Notes under the pieces: generated by a model
What the model was told of the DNA's origin: nothing
The model's input: only the letters and a program-made list of their open reading frames with translations
The model's database searches: none
Shown: piece after piece, positions 41,753 to 53,383 of the stretch
Layout of the letters: each line of letters starts with the position of its first letter
How positions within the stretch are numbered: position 1 is the first letter of the stretch
Program-made: the position numbers and the translations under genes
Source: Promethearchaeota archaeon
GTDB lineage: Archaea > Asgardarchaeota > Lokiarchaeia > Sigyniarchaeales > SOKP01
Direction of reading: 5' to 3'
Length of the DNA stretch: 64,000 bases
Assembly (NCBI GenBank): GCA_019058445.1
Contig: JAHPZA010000006.1
Span: 672,001 to 736,000 of the forward strand

Positions 41753-43654
41753 ATGGGAAAAATAATTGGAATTGATCTAGGAACATCCAACTCAGCAGCC
41801 GCTGTCCTGATTGGTGGCAAACCAACGATTATACCTAGTGCGGAAGGTCTTACTTTAGGGGGTAAAGCCTTTCCTTCGGTTGTAGCGTTTACAAAAGATG
41901 GCCAAAGATTAGTCGGTGAACCCGCAAGAAGGCAAGCGATTTCCAATCCAGATCGAACAATCACAGCAATTAAAAGGAAAATGGGGACATCCTATAATGT
42001 TAATATTGACGGCAAAGAGTACACTCCTCAAGAGATTTCTGCGATGATTTTAAGGAAAATCAAAGAGGATGCGAGCGCGTATTTAGGCGAAGAAGTTACC
42101 GAAGCGATTATAACTGTTCCTGCATATTTTAACGATAACCAAAGACAAGCAACGAAAGATGCGGGAAAGATAGCTGGTTTGAATGTAAAACGATTAATCA
42201 ACGAACCTACTGCTGCGGCAGTAGCATACGGCTTGGATAAAGATGACGTGAATTTAAGGATTGCGGTTTTGGATTTAGGCGGTGGTACTTTTGATGTAAC
42301 TATCATGGAAATGGCTAATAAAGTTTTTGAAGTGATTTCGACGGCAGGAGATACGCAATTAGGCGGTACTGACATGGACAAAATTCTTGTTGAGTATATT
42401 GCTAATGAATTTAAGCAACAAGAGGGTTTTGATTTAACTAAAGATTCAATGGCGATGCAAAGAATTCGTGAGGCCGCTGAAAAGGCAAAAATAGAGTTAT
42501 CAACTTCGATTACGACAGATATTAATCTACCTTATATAACTGCCACAAGCGATGGTCCAAAGCATCTCAACATGACTCTTACTCGAGCTAAATTGGAACA
42601 GTTGATTGACCCTGTATTAAAGAGATTAGATGCTCCAATTCTAAAAGCTTTAAAAGATGCTGGTATGGGTAGAGGAGATGTTGACAAAATCATACTAGTA
42701 GGTGGACCTACAAGGATGCCTATTGTCCAAAAGAAATTTGAAGATTTACTTGGCAAGGCTCCTGAGAGAAGTATTGATCCTATGGAATGTGTTGCGATGG
42801 GTGCTTCGATACAAGGTGGTGTCTTAACTGGTGAGGTGAAAGATTTACTTTTACTAGACGTCACTCCATTGTCATTAGGCGTTGAGACTTTAGGAAATGT
42901 TTTTACTAAATTAATAGAAAGAAATACTACAATTCCAACAGAAAAGGTTGAAGTATTTTCTACTGCAGCTGATAATCAACCAGCGGTAGAAATTCACGTA
43001 CTACAAGGAGAGAGACCTAAAGCATCAGATAATATTACATTAGGGAAATTTCATTTGACCGGAATTCCCCCAGCGCCAAGAGGAGTACCTCAAATAGAAG
43101 TAAAATTCGATATTGATCAAAATGGAATACTCAATGTTTCGGCTAAAGACAAGGGAACTGGAAAAAGTCAATCAATAACCATAACTGCATCCACAAAATT
43201 ATCTGAAGATGAAATTGAGCAAAAGGTTCGAGAGGCAGAAATGCACGCTGAAGAAGATAAAAGATTCAAAGAGTTGACTGAAGCGAAAAATCATGCAGAA
43301 GCATTAATCTATCAAACTGAGAAATTACTCAAAGAAAATGAAGCTGTAATAGGTGATTTAAAAGATCGAATATTACAAAAGATATCAGACTTACGGGGCG
43401 CTATGGAATCTGATGATGTACCCAGAATCAAAAAGGCTATGGAAGAACTTCAACAATCATTACACGAAGTTTCAGCTCGAATGTATGGACAACAACAAGG
43501 ACAAGGTCCAGGTGCGTATGCTGGAGCTCCACCTGGAGGAATGGGAGACACAGCACATACATATCAAGGAAAAACTCAAGACGAGATCGAAGAGGAACAA
43601 TTCCGAAGAGCGAGTGGTCAGGACGACAACGTTGTAGACGCTGAGTATGAATAA
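41753..43654 (+). CDS. dnaK: Chaperone DnaK (Hsp70)
   Basis: [32 protein letters not shown]. Confidence 0.99.
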   Translation: MGKIIGIDLGTSNSAAAVLIGGKPTIIPSAEGLTLGGKAFPSVVAFTKDGQRLVGEPARRQAISNPDRTITAIKRKMGTSYNVNIDGKEYTPQEISAMILRKIKEDASAYLGEEVTEAIITVPAYFNDNQRQATKDAGKIAGLNVKRLINEPTAAAVAYGLDKDDVNLRIAVLDLGGGTFDVTIMEMANKVFEVISTAGDTQLGGTDMDKILVEYIANEFKQQEGFDLTKDSMAMQRIREAAEKAKIELSTSITTDINLPYITATSDGPKHLNMTLTRAKLEQLIDPVLKRLDAPILKALKDAGMGRGDVDKIILVGGPTRMPIVQKKFEDLLGKAPERSIDPMECVAMGASIQGGVLTGEVKDLLLLDVTPLSLGVETLGNVFTKLIERNTTIPTEKVEVFSTAADNQPAVEIHVLQGERPKASDNITLGKFHLTGIPPAPRGVPQIEVKFDIDQNGILNVSAKDKGTGKSQSITITASTKLSEDEIEQKVREAEMHAEEDKRFKELTEAKNHAEALIYQTEKLLKENEAVIGDLKDRILQKISDLRGAMESDDVPRIKKAMEELQQSLHEVSARMYGQQQGQGPGAYAGAPPGGMGDTAHTYQGKTQDEIEEEQFRRASGQDDNVVDAEYE

Positions 43655-43735
43655 ATTGAATTTTTTTTTTTATATTATTATTTTATTTTTTTATTTTTTT
43701 TAAAAATCATGATTATATTAAAGGGGTTGTAAAAT

Positions 43736-44749
43736 ATGGCAAAAGATTATTATAAAATTCTTGGAATAGATAAAAGTGCATCAAAGGAAGAAATCAAAAG
43801 AGCATTTCGTAAAATGGCTCGTAAATATCATCCTGATGTAAATCCAGATGAACCAAAATCAGGTGAAAAATTTAAAGAGATTAACGAGGCCTATGGAATT
43901 TTAAGTGATGATAAAAAAAGAGAAATGTATGATAAATTTGGAGTTGTAGAGGGAGATCCTTCTTCATATAAACAATGGGGAGGAGGAGTTCCAGGAGGAG
44001 GACAGGCTTATCGATCGCCGGATGGAACAACCTATTATTATTCAACTTCGGGACCACCGGGAGGATTTGATTTTAGTGAAATATTTGGCAACCATAAAAA
44101 TTCTCGAGGTGGTTCTGGGGGATTTGATTTTTTTAATGATTTAGGAGATATATTTGACGTATTTTCCAATAGAGGGGGAAGCACAAGAGCGAGATCAAGT
44201 CCATTTAGGGATAGATCCCGGGAAGGTGATGACTTGCGTTATGATATGGAAATAGAGTTTATAGATGCTTTTTATGGAGGAGAAAGAAGGATTCAATATA
44301 GGGATCCTATATCCGGGCAGACTCAAAAGTTAAAAGTAAAAATACCTAGAGGAATCAGGGATGATCAAAAATTAAGACTTAAAGGAAAAGGAATGCCTGG
44401 AGAAAATGGAGGCGCCCCAGGAGATTTATATATTTCAGTTCATGTGAAAAACCACCCAATATTTGAGAGAAAAGATGATGATTTATATGTTGTTCAAGAG
44501 GTTCCTTTTACAACAGCGGCACTTGGAGGTAAAATACAAGTACCTGGTGTAGAAAAGACTCTAAACGTTACCGTGCCAAAAGGAACTCATGATTCTTCTG
44601 TTTTAAGATTAAAAAATCAAGGATTTTACAAGATTAACTCTAATAATGAACGAGGTAATCTTTTGGTTGAGATAAAAGTTAAAGTTCCAAATAAGTTGAA
44701 TAAGACTCAAAAAGAATTATTAGAGAAATTAAAACAAACAGGTTTATAG
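43736..44749 (+). CDS. dnaJ: Class B J-domain protein (DnaJ/CbpA-like, no Zn finger)
   Basis: KDYY, HPD, G/F-rich linker, C-terminal domain; no CxxCxGxG repeats. Confidence 0.92.
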   Translation: MAKDYYKILGIDKSASKEEIKRAFRKMARKYHPDVNPDEPKSGEKFKEINEAYGILSDDKKREMYDKFGVVEGDPSSYKQWGGGVPGGGQAYRSPDGTTYYYSTSGPPGGFDFSEIFGNHKNSRGGSGGFDFFNDLGDIFDVFSNRGGSTRARSSPFRDRSREGDDLRYDMEIEFIDAFYGGERRIQYRDPISGQTQKLKVKIPRGIRDDQKLRLKGKGMPGENGGAPGDLYISVHVKNHPIFERKDDDLYVVQEVPFTTAALGGKIQVPGVEKTLNVTVPKGTHDSSVLRLKNQGFYKINSNNERGNLLVEIKVKVPNKLNKTQKELLEKLKQTGL

Positions 44750-44764
44750 GAGTGTGATTTTAAA

Positions 44765-47380
44765 ATGATGAAATTTGATAAATTCACGATTAAAGTTCAA
44801 GAAGCCTTAGTGGCCACTCAGTCATTGGCTCGAAATAATGATAATCAACAAATTGAGCCGATTCATTTGTTAATTTCTTTTATAGAACAACCAGATGGAA
44901 TTGCTACTCCACTTTTTCAGAAATTAGGTATTAATATTCAACAAATTTCAGAAGAACTAAGGAATGAATTAGATAAATTACCTAAAGTAACCGGATCAGG
45001 AGCAACAGATGTTGTTTTATCTTCGAATTCAAGTAATTTATTTGATAGCGCATGGAAAGAAGCAGAAATTTTAAGAGATCAATACCTTAGTACGGAACAT
45101 TTGCTATTAGCTATGGCGGCTAATAATAAATTACCCCTCTATAATCTATTACAAAGGTATGGAATAAGTAAAGATCGAATACTACAAGCATTAAAGAGTA
45201 TAAGGGGATCTCAAACTATTACTGATCAAGACCCTGAGGGAAAGTATCAAGCGATTGAAAAATATAGTAGAAATCTTACTGACTTAGCAAGACGAGGCAA
45301 AATTGATCCTGTAATTGGAAGAGATGATGAAATAAGGAGGGTTATGCATATTCTTTCGAGAAGAACTAAAAATAATCCCGTTTTAATCGGAGAAGCGGGA
45401 GTAGGTAAAACAGCAATAGTTGAGGGGCTTGCTCAAAGAGTTGCGAATAATGATGTACCAGATGCTTTAAAGGAAAAAGATATAGTTGCACTAGATTTAG
45501 CCGCTATGATAGCTGGAGCCAAATATAGAGGAGAATTTGAAGACCGACTAAAAGCCTTTTTAAAAGAAATAGAAAAAGGAGCAGGCAGATACATTTTATT
45601 TATTGATGAGTTGCACACGTTAGTTGGAGCTGGAGCTGCTCAAGGTGCAATTGATGCTTCAAATATGCTAAAACCCGCATTAGCCAGAGGTGAATTGAGA
45701 GCAATTGGAGCTACCACTTTAGATGAATATCGTAAGTATATTGAAAAAGATGCGGCTTTAACTCGTAGATTTCAAACTGTATATGTAGCTGAACCTTCTG
45801 TTGAAGATTCTATAGCTATTTTAAGAGGGTTAAAGGAGAAATATGAAATTCATCATGGAGTTCGCATTACCGATTCCGCTATTATAGCTGCGGTAACATT
45901 ATCTCATAGATATATCTCAGATAGATTTTTGCCTGATAAGGCAATAGATTTGATGGACGAAGCAGCCTCTCGCTTAAGAATTGAGATCGATTCAATGCCT
46001 ACCGAAATAGATGAGCTTGAGAGAAAGATTATTCAGCTGGAAATTCAAAAAGAAGCTCTTAAAAAAGAAAATGATAAATCCTGTGCTGAAAAAATGCAGA
46101 AAATTGACGAAGAATTACATAATTTACGTGAAGAAAGTGATAAAATGAAAATTCAATGGAGAAACGAAAAAGAAACCATTACGAAAATTAATGATGTTAA
46201 AAAGAAAATGGAAACAACAAAGCTGGAAGCTGAGAGGGCGGAAAAAAGAGGAGATTTAGAAAAAGCAGCAGAATTAACATACGGAGTTCTAAATGAATTG
46301 AACAAGCAATTAAAGCAATATAATGAAGAACTAGCTAACATTCAAAAAAATAAAACTATGCTAAAACAAGAAGTCGACGAAGAAGATATTGCAGGAATTA
46401 TTTCTCAGTGGACAGGTATTCCTGTTTCAAGAATGTTAGAAGGTGAACGGGAAAAACTCTTAAAGATGGAAAATCGTTTGAAAAACAGAGTGATTGGACA
46501 AGATGAAGCCCTTACCAAAATATCAAATGCAATAAGGCGAGCCAGGGCAGGGATTCAAGATCCAAATAGACCAATTGGTACTTTTATTTTCTTAGGACCT
46601 ACTGGTGTTGGAAAAACGGAAACTGCAAAAGCATTGGCAGAATTTCTATTTGATGATGAAAATGCGATGGTTCGAATCGATATGTCCGAATATATGGAAA
46701 GACATAGTGTTGCACGTTTAATTGGGGCTCCACCCGGATACGTTGGATATGATGAAGGTGGCTATCTAACTGAATCAGTACGCAGAAGACCTTATGCGGT
46801 GATTTTGTTTGATGAAATTGAAAAGGCTCATCCGGAAGTATTTAATATATTTTTACAAATCACGGGGGAAGGGCGTTTAACTGATGGTCACGGCAGGACT
46901 GTTGATTTTACAAACACTGTTATTATCATGACAAGCAATATAGGAGGTCAATTAATTTTAGAAACTAGAAATGACAATAGTAGTAAAGTTAATGAATTAA
47001 TCATGAATCTTTTAAAAAAACATTTTCGACCAGAATTTTTGAACCGCATTGATGATATAATAATCTTTGATTTCTTAAAAGAAGAACAAATTAAGCAAAT
47101 AGTAGATATTCAAATTAGAGAATTGAACAAGACTTTATCAAATCATAAAATCCAATTGAAAATTACAGAAAATGCAAAAAATTTTCTTGCTGAAAAAGGT
47201 TTCGATCCTGACTATGGGGCTCGACCTCTTAAAAGAGCGATTCAAAGTTACATTCAAAATCCTTTATCATTAAAATTATTGGAAGGCGAAATCATTGAGG
47301 ATGATATAATTGAAATTGATGTTAATTCGAAAGATTCTCTCAAATTTAATAAGACAACAAAGATAATGAACAGGAAATAA
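44765..47380 (+). CDS. clpB: Disaggregase ClpB
   Basis: Two AAA+ modules ([16 protein letters not shown]) and a long middle coiled coil. Confidence 0.97.
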   Translation: MMKFDKFTIKVQEALVATQSLARNNDNQQIEPIHLLISFIEQPDGIATPLFQKLGINIQQISEELRNELDKLPKVTGSGATDVVLSSNSSNLFDSAWKEAEILRDQYLSTEHLLLAMAANNKLPLYNLLQRYGISKDRILQALKSIRGSQTITDQDPEGKYQAIEKYSRNLTDLARRGKIDPVIGRDDEIRRVMHILSRRTKNNPVLIGEAGVGKTAIVEGLAQRVANNDVPDALKEKDIVALDLAAMIAGAKYRGEFEDRLKAFLKEIEKGAGRYILFIDELHTLVGAGAAQGAIDASNMLKPALARGELRAIGATTLDEYRKYIEKDAALTRRFQTVYVAEPSVEDSIAILRGLKEKYEIHHGVRITDSAIIAAVTLSHRYISDRFLPDKAIDLMDEAASRLRIEIDSMPTEIDELERKIIQLEIQKEALKKENDKSCAEKMQKIDEELHNLREESDKMKIQWRNEKETITKINDVKKKMETTKLEAERAEKRGDLEKAAELTYGVLNELNKQLKQYNEELANIQKNKTMLKQEVDEEDIAGIISQWTGIPVSRMLEGEREKLLKMENRLKNRVIGQDEALTKISNAIRRARAGIQDPNRPIGTFIFLGPTGVGKTETAKALAEFLFDDENAMVRIDMSEYMERHSVARLIGAPPGYVGYDEGGYLTESVRRRPYAVILFDEIEKAHPEVFNIFLQITGEGRLTDGHGRTVDFTNTVIIMTSNIGGQLILETRNDNSSKVNELIMNLLKKHFRPEFLNRIDDIIIFDFLKEEQIKQIVDIQIRELNKTLSNHKIQLKITENAKNFLAEKGFDPDYGARPLKRAIQSYIQNPLSLKLLEGEIIEDDIIEIDVNSKDSLKFNKTTKIMNRK

Positions 47381-47535
47381 TTTTAAAAGATCCTTTTTTA
47401 TTTATTTTTAAAATTTTAATATAATAAGATTATAAACATAGATTACTAATTTTATTAAAGATGAAGTGAAGTTTTAAGTAATAGATTTACAATCTTGTTT
47501 TATTTAATATTATCCCAGAATTAATAACTTTAATT

Positions 47536-48957
47536 CTAAATATAATCATCTATGGTTCTATTATTATTCGCAAAATTACGATGAACATATTGTGGCATTA
47601 TAGGTAAAGTAATTCCCGTCTTTTGTTCAAATTCTCTTATAATATAATTTTGAATTATATCGGGATGACTCATGTTTATATCAATTTTTTGAGGTACAAT
47701 AGTAAGAATTATTCCATTTTTGTTACACAAGTCTTCTTTTTCCCTATCCCACATTTGCTGTTGGACAAATTCTTGATAAGTTTTATGAAAATAGTTAGGA
47801 AATTCATCATGTTGTATACCATTGAATTCAAAAGCTAATTTAATCCTTACTCCATTAATAATAAGAACAGAATATCCATCTAAATGCATATTTCCCTTAT
47901 AAGAAGGTAAAATTTGACTTATTTTTGTATTTGGAAATTTAGACTTGAAAATCTGTTCAAAATACCAACGGCAAATTCTTTCATACTCATTTTGAGAGCA
48001 TAAAGGACACCAATGCCATTGATTTAAACGATCTCCATTTGTTTCAAATGGATCATGATCTAATATTCCACACCATATAATTAAGGGAATTAAACTTGGG
48101 GGTTTTTTTAGCTTCTCCCCTAATCTTAAAAATTCAATTTCACTCTTAGGATTCAATAATTTTCCTTTAATTCCTGTTTTACTTAAACCAATGTCATCTA
48201 TGAGTTTCAAAATAAAACTAAATGTATATTTAATTAAACTTTCATCATAGCACTTACGACACCATTTTTCTTGATTTAAATAATCCCAAATAGTAATAAA
48301 GCTTTCATGTTTATCATCCCCACACCACACCTCCACAGGAGCCTTACTAGGTTTAATTTTTTCTGTAATTTTTGCGAATTCTTCAAAACTAGTTTGCAAA
48401 ATACCTTCTCTTCCCGATTTCTTTAAACCTAAATCTCTCACTTTTAGTTCTATTTGATTGTATTTTATTTTTCTACTATCAATGTAACATTGTCTACACC
48501 ATTTGTTTTGGTTTAATCGGTCCCAATTTGTTATAAAATACTCATGATTAGAAATCCCGCACCAAACTTCTACATGTGCTAAACTAGGGATTATATTGAC
48601 AATTGAGTCTTCAAATTCTTCACGATTGGTTATCAATATACCCGCTTTACCCGTTTTTTTCAATCCGAGTTCTTTTACTTTTTTTTCAATTTTATAAAAA
48701 TTAATGACCCTTTTATCATCATAACATTGTCTACACCATTTATTTTGCTTTAATCGGTCCCATATTGTTATAAAATACTCATGAGTAGAAGTCCCACACC
48801 AAACTTCTACAGGTAATTTACTAAGATAATATTTTTTTGCCAATTCTGCAAATTTTTCAATACTAGTTATTAATATGCCTTCCTTTCCCGATCTCATTTT
48901 GCCTACTTGCTTTACTTTTTGTTTAATCTTTTCATATGCTTTAGTTATTTCACTCAT
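47536..48957 (-). CDS. Repeated Zn-finger protein with C-terminal PD-(D/E)xK-type nuclease
   Basis: Four ~79-aa repeats WCG....H..F.T..D.L.Q..WC..C; HLDGY...LAFEFNGIQH...DREKEDLC. Confidence 0.8.
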   Translation of the reverse strand: MSEITKAYEKIKQKVKQVGKMRSGKEGILITSIEKFAELAKKYYLSKLPVEVWCGTSTHEYFITIWDRLKQNKWCRQCYDDKRVINFYKIEKKVKELGLKKTGKAGILITNREEFEDSIVNIIPSLAHVEVWCGISNHEYFITNWDRLNQNKWCRQCYIDSRKIKYNQIELKVRDLGLKKSGREGILQTSFEEFAKITEKIKPSKAPVEVWCGDDKHESFITIWDYLNQEKWCRKCYDESLIKYTFSFILKLIDDIGLSKTGIKGKLLNPKSEIEFLRLGEKLKKPPSLIPLIIWCGILDHDPFETNGDRLNQWHWCPLCSQNEYERICRWYFEQIFKSKFPNTKISQILPSYKGNMHLDGYSVLIINGVRIKLAFEFNGIQHDEFPNYFHKTYQEFVQQQMWDREKEDLCNKNGIILTIVPQKIDINMSHPDIIQNYIIREFEQKTGITLPIMPQYVHRNFANNNRTIDDYI

Positions 48958-49289
48958 AGTTTTGTTTTTATTTTTTTTCCCTTTAATAAAAATCTAAAAA
49001 TACACTAATAAAAATCTTTGCTTAAATTGATTGAACATATATATATAATTTTTTTATTTAAATAGAACTGGATTTTCATTGATAAAATTTTTTCTTTATT
49101 TATATCCAATGTATATTTTCTTATTAAATAAGATTATCCCTCCCAATTTTGATTTATAAATAATTTTAAATTAAAAATTTTAAAAAAATTGAAATTTACT
49201 CCTAGAACAATTCATTAAATTCTTCTATCTAATTTCGATTTTTATCTTTTTTAATCTGACCCAACTCGAAGCGGAATTTAAGAATAGTT

Positions 49290-49751
49290 TTACGTTTTTT
49301 GTTTTTGTGTTTTATATGCGTCCGTTACTGCGCCATAAATTATGCTTATAATCACTAATATAAAACCAATCCAAATTATCGCACTTATGAGATAAATATA
49401 AGTATCAAGAGAGTTTTTTGGAATTAATGCTAATATATAAATTAAGGTTATCCCAGAAATTAAAACTAACAACCCTCCCGCAATCAATAAATTTCCAGCT
49501 ATTTTGGCTTTTTTTTTATTGACATAATCAGGTTTTTTGTACTTATCTGGTCTTTTCTTAATATCTAAAATGCTAGCTAAGACTCCCATAGATAAGATAA
49601 TAACAAAGCACGTTATCAGAATAAATAACCATCTATGTTCTTCAGTTTCAGTACTTGCCTCAAGGAAATTAATACCGCTAATGAATGCAATTATCCCTAA
49701 TATTATGCCTACTATAATACTCATCCATAAATAAAATTTTTCAAAATCCAT
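49290..49751 (-). CDS. Four-TM membrane protein
   Basis: Hydrophobic helices. Confidence 0.7.
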   Translation of the reverse strand: MDFEKFYLWMSIIVGIILGIIAFISGINFLEASTETEEHRWLFILITCFVIILSMGVLASILDIKKRPDKYKKPDYVNKKKAKIAGNLLIAGGLLVLISGITLIYILALIPKNSLDTYIYLISAIIWIGFILVIISIIYGAVTDAYKTQKQKT

Positions 49752-50219
49752 TTTATCCCTCCATGTTGTTTGCAGGATAAGAATATATTGGGATTATAAA
49801 AAATATTGCTCCTGCACATAATATAATCAATCAACTCCAAATTAGCATTATTAAGGTAGACATTTTATACTCTCACATTGTCAAAAAAGCCGTTGAGATA
49901 CGATTATATAGCTTGTAATTATATATCATACTTTATCTGTATTTATAAAATAATTTAAAATATATTATTATTAATTTTCTAAAGTTGATTTCTCTAAATA
50001 TTATATGGTTCCAAATCGCAAGGTTTAAATAGTTGAATTCACAAATGTAATTGTGATATTGTAAAAAAGGGGTTGACAAAGATAGATTTACAGATTTAAA
50101 TAAAATGAGTTGATTTTTGAAAAATTAAGAGAGGTATTGAAATAAAAATATTATGGTGATGTTATTACATTATTTTTTTTTAAAAAATTTAATAAAAGTG
50201 AAAAAAAGAGGTTATTATT

Positions 50220-51110
50220 ATAAGCGCGCTTTCAGATATAAGTAAAAGTGTAAATATCTGTCCCGAGTGTGGGGGACAAATTATAGCTCTCCCTGAAAAC
50301 GGAGAGATAGTATGTGGTGATTGTGGGTTAGTTGTAAGTGAAAGAATGGTAGATTATTCACATAGTGGTAAAAGGGCCTTTACAACACAAGAAAAAAATA
50401 ATAGAGAAAGAACTGGCTCGCCAGTCTCAATTTTATTGCCAACAATGGGATTAACAACCGTCATTGATAAAAAAAGTATTATTAATCCCGATTTAAAGAG
50501 AGCTGCCAAATGGAATTCAAGAATGACGTGGCAGAACCGGAATTTATTAATCGCATCCACAGAACTAAAGAGAATTAGTAGTAATTTAGATTTACCAGAT
50601 CATATAAAAAAGGAAGCTATGCGCCTTTATAGAGAAGCTTTCAAATTAAAATTATTAAGAGGAAGATCCATTAATGGAATGGTTGCTGCAAGTATATACT
50701 ACGCTTGCAGAAAAAAAGGATTTCCTCGAACGCTCCAAGAAATTTTAGATGAAACATCAGAAAATGCTAAAGATGTGCGAAGGTGTTACCGAGCCTTAAT
50801 TAAAGAATTAAATTTAAAAGTTCCAAATACAGATCCTTTATCCCTTATTCCAAAGTATATTTCTGCATTGGACTTAGATTTAGAGATTGAAGAATTAGTA
50901 AGAAAAATTTTAAAGGTCTATAAAGCTAATATTTCGACAAGCGGAAAAGATCCTAAAGGAATTGTGGCAGGGACATTATATTTAGCATGTAAAATAAAGA
51001 AATTTAATATTACACAAAAAACAATCGCAGATACAGTTGGAGTGACTGAAGTAACTCTTCGTTCACGATATAAAGAACTAATTAAGAAGTTAAATATTCG
51101 TATAGAATAG
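50220..51110 (+). CDS. tfb: Transcription initiation factor IIB; N-terminus extends upstream of the track ORF
   Basis: In-frame CPECGG...EIVCGDCGLV ribbon upstream of ATG 50346; LLRGRS, GKDP.G, VTEVTLRSRYKEL. Confidence 0.93.
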   Translation: MSALSDISKSVNICPECGGQIIALPENGEIVCGDCGLVVSERMVDYSHSGKRAFTTQEKNNRERTGSPVSILLPTMGLTTVIDKKSIINPDLKRAAKWNSRMTWQNRNLLIASTELKRISSNLDLPDHIKKEAMRLYREAFKLKLLRGRSINGMVAASIYYACRKKGFPRTLQEILDETSENAKDVRRCYRALIKELNLKVPNTDPLSLIPKYISALDLDLEIEELVRKILKVYKANISTSGKDPKGIVAGTLYLACKIKKFNITQKTIADTVGVTEVTLRSRYKELIKKLNIRIE

Positions 51111-51253
51111 AGCAATTCTATGTGAAATCACGCTCACCTACACTTTTCTCATGAATAGATGCCTTTTTTGTGGCTTTTCAATTTCATTTAAATCAGAAGC
51201 AAGTAGAAGTACAAATGGAAAGATTGAGGATGTTAGCTAAAATTAAATAATTT

Positions 51254-51928
51254 TTGAATATTTTTCTTAATATGGAACGAGATATTGATTTGACACAAAA
51301 AATTAGAAAATATTGTAAAAAAATTGGGGTAGATGTAGTAGGGTTTGCTGATCCAAAGCATTTTGACCGTTTTCCTAAAACTAATCGACCAGAAAGTTAT
51401 TTAAAAGATTCACAAACAGTAATTATTCTCGGTAAACATTTATATGATATAATGCTAGACGCTTATTATCAACCCCCAAAATCAAGGAAATATTTTCATT
51501 TTGCTGATTCTATATTAGAAACATTATGTTATAAGGTAAAGGACTTTCTTAACGAAAAAGGATATTCCTCTAAAATAATTTCATACAATCCTGGATTTTA
51601 TTTAAAAGATATTTCCGCTCTGGCAGGAATTGGACCAATTGGGAAAAACAATTTGCTTATAACAGAAAGATTTGGCTCTCAAGTACGTTTAAGGGCATTA
51701 ACCACTACTGCGCCTCTTGAATGCGGAATACCTATAACCAATAGCAAATATTGTGAGAATTGTAGTCTTTGCATTAAAGCTTGTCCTGCTCAAGCGTTTT
51801 CAGAGGGAAGATATAATAAGGAAAAGTGTTTAAACTATAACTTTTCAAATTTAAAAAAACTCTCAGAAAGTATTTCAATTTGGTGTAATGTGTGTATTGA
51901 GTCATGCCCAGTGGGAAAAAGGGATTAA
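51254..51928 (+). CDS. Epoxyqueuosine-reductase-like (QueG-like) Fe-S protein
   Basis: GVDVVGFA, AGIGPIGKNNLLI..FGS.VRL, CENCSLCIKACP, CNVCIESCP. Confidence 0.85.
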   Translation: MNIFLNMERDIDLTQKIRKYCKKIGVDVVGFADPKHFDRFPKTNRPESYLKDSQTVIILGKHLYDIMLDAYYQPPKSRKYFHFADSILETLCYKVKDFLNEKGYSSKIISYNPGFYLKDISALAGIGPIGKNNLLITERFGSQVRLRALTTTAPLECGIPITNSKYCENCSLCIKACPAQAFSEGRYNKEKCLNYNFSNLKKLSESISIWCNVCIESCPVGKRD

Positions 51929-52011
51929 ATAAAGTAAAAAAACTTATTATACAGAAGCAAGTTAATTAAACTATTAAATAAATTCTACTACTGAATTAAA
52001 AAGAAATGATT

Positions 52012-52593
52012 TTAGATTTTAGATTTTTTGTCTTTTTCTAATTTTTCCCACTCTTCATATTGTTTATCCAGCATATTTATGAAACTAGAAATTGTATCTT
52101 GATTTATTATTAAATAATCACCATCAATAATAAAATCAAAGCGATCCGCCCATTCAATTAATTGAATATCGAATGATTTTTTATCTAAATCAAGCGCATT
52201 TCTCATCATTTCAATATTCACACGATTTGAAACCTTAACTATTTTTTTTATTTTTTCTAATTTACCTTTTTCTGAAATAATTAAGATGTCCTTTAGCTTA
52301 TCAAGTTGAATTTCCTCTCGTTCTAAAACTTGTTCAGCCCGTTTTATTTCAACATCTTCTTTATATTTGAGATGTTCAATTTCTTGGCTTAACTTATCTT
52401 TTTTAATGTATTTTTTATTTAGCTTATTATCAATAATGCAAATAGGTACTGAGAGTAAAATTATAATTGCTAAAATGAACGCACCTAACTCCAAATAGAA
52501 ATAATTCTTATAAACATTAATCAATATTGTAAATAAAATGAGCAATGATATAATCAAAATTATCCAGAATATCGTTAGCTTAAATTTTATCAT
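52012..52593 (-). CDS. Membrane-anchored coiled-coil plus winged-helix-like domain protein (paralogue 1)
   Basis: 2 TM, charged helix, VSNRVNIEMMRNALDLD...EWADRFDFIIDGDYL. Confidence 0.75.
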   Translation of the reverse strand: MIKFKLTIFWIILIISLLILFTILINVYKNYFYLELGAFILAIIILLSVPICIIDNKLNKKYIKKDKLSQEIEHLKYKEDVEIKRAEQVLEREEIQLDKLKDILIISEKGKLEKIKKIVKVSNRVNIEMMRNALDLDKKSFDIQLIEWADRFDFIIDGDYLIINQDTISSFINMLDKQYEEWEKLEKDKKSKI

Positions 52594-52666
52594 TTTTCTT
52601 CAAGTATTTTTCATTCCTTTATGGTAGACAATTTAAATTTTAGAATGTGATGTAAAATATTTAATG

Positions 52667-53305
52667 TTATTGATCATTCAGGCAATGGGGACAAATTGAT
52701 AGATCTTCACCAATCCATTTACCGCAATGTTTGCAATAGACTTTTTGTTTCTGTTTTACTTGTCCTCTTAAATAATTTAGAAAGCTTGAAATCACTTCCC
52801 GATTATTTATTAATAGATAATCCCCATCAATAGTAAAGTCATATTTATCAGCCCATTCGAAAATAATTTCGTCGAATATCTTTTTATCGAGGTTTAAAGT
52901 AGTTCCCATAGTATTCAAATTTATTTTATCAGAATTAGTAATTAATTCGTAAAGTTGTTCAATTGAACTCTCTTCAATCTTTATGATCTTTTGTTTTTCA
53001 AATTTTGATTTTATATCTTCCTTCTCTTTTTCTAATTTAACTTGCTTTTCAGCTAATTCTCTTTCTTTAATTGACTGTTTTTCAATTAATTCGTTTTTAA
53101 ATTCCATTGTTTTCTTTTTTTTTGTCAATTGATGATCAATAATGCAAATTGGAATAGATGAAAACATAATTATGATGAAAATAAGGGCAGTAATATTTAC
53201 AATAATTTCTCTTTCGCTTCGAAATCTAAACATTAAAATGATGTATCCAATAAAAACAACAAAAAACAAGATTACGAGAGCTTTTGTTAAAATATATTTT
53301 TTCAT
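52667..53305 (-). CDS. Paralogue 2 with C-terminal Zn ribbon
   Basis: 2 TM, coiled coil, EWADKYDFTIDGDYL, CKHCG...CPHC. Confidence 0.75.
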   Translation of the reverse strand: MKKYILTKALVILFFVVFIGYIILMFRFRSEREIIVNITALIFIIIMFSSIPICIIDHQLTKKKKTMEFKNELIEKQSIKERELAEKQVKLEKEKEDIKSKFEKQKIIKIEESSIEQLYELITNSDKINLNTMGTTLNLDKKIFDEIIFEWADKYDFTIDGDYLLINNREVISSFLNYLRGQVKQKQKVYCKHCGKWIGEDLSICPHCLNDQ

Positions 53306-53383
53306 AGGAATCCTCTATACTTTTTTACTATATCTTTATACTTTTTAACAATATTGATATATCCATAAAAATTAACTATTAAA

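Noticed and set aside
41593-46341. Short antisense and overlapping ORFs in the chaperone operon (and similar ones elsewhere)
   Set aside because: Shadows of well-supported genes
48240-48810. Repeats considered as DGR TR/VR or CRISPR
   Set aside because: They are in-frame protein repeats, mismatches are not adenine-specific, and there is no RT, cas gene or spacer pattern
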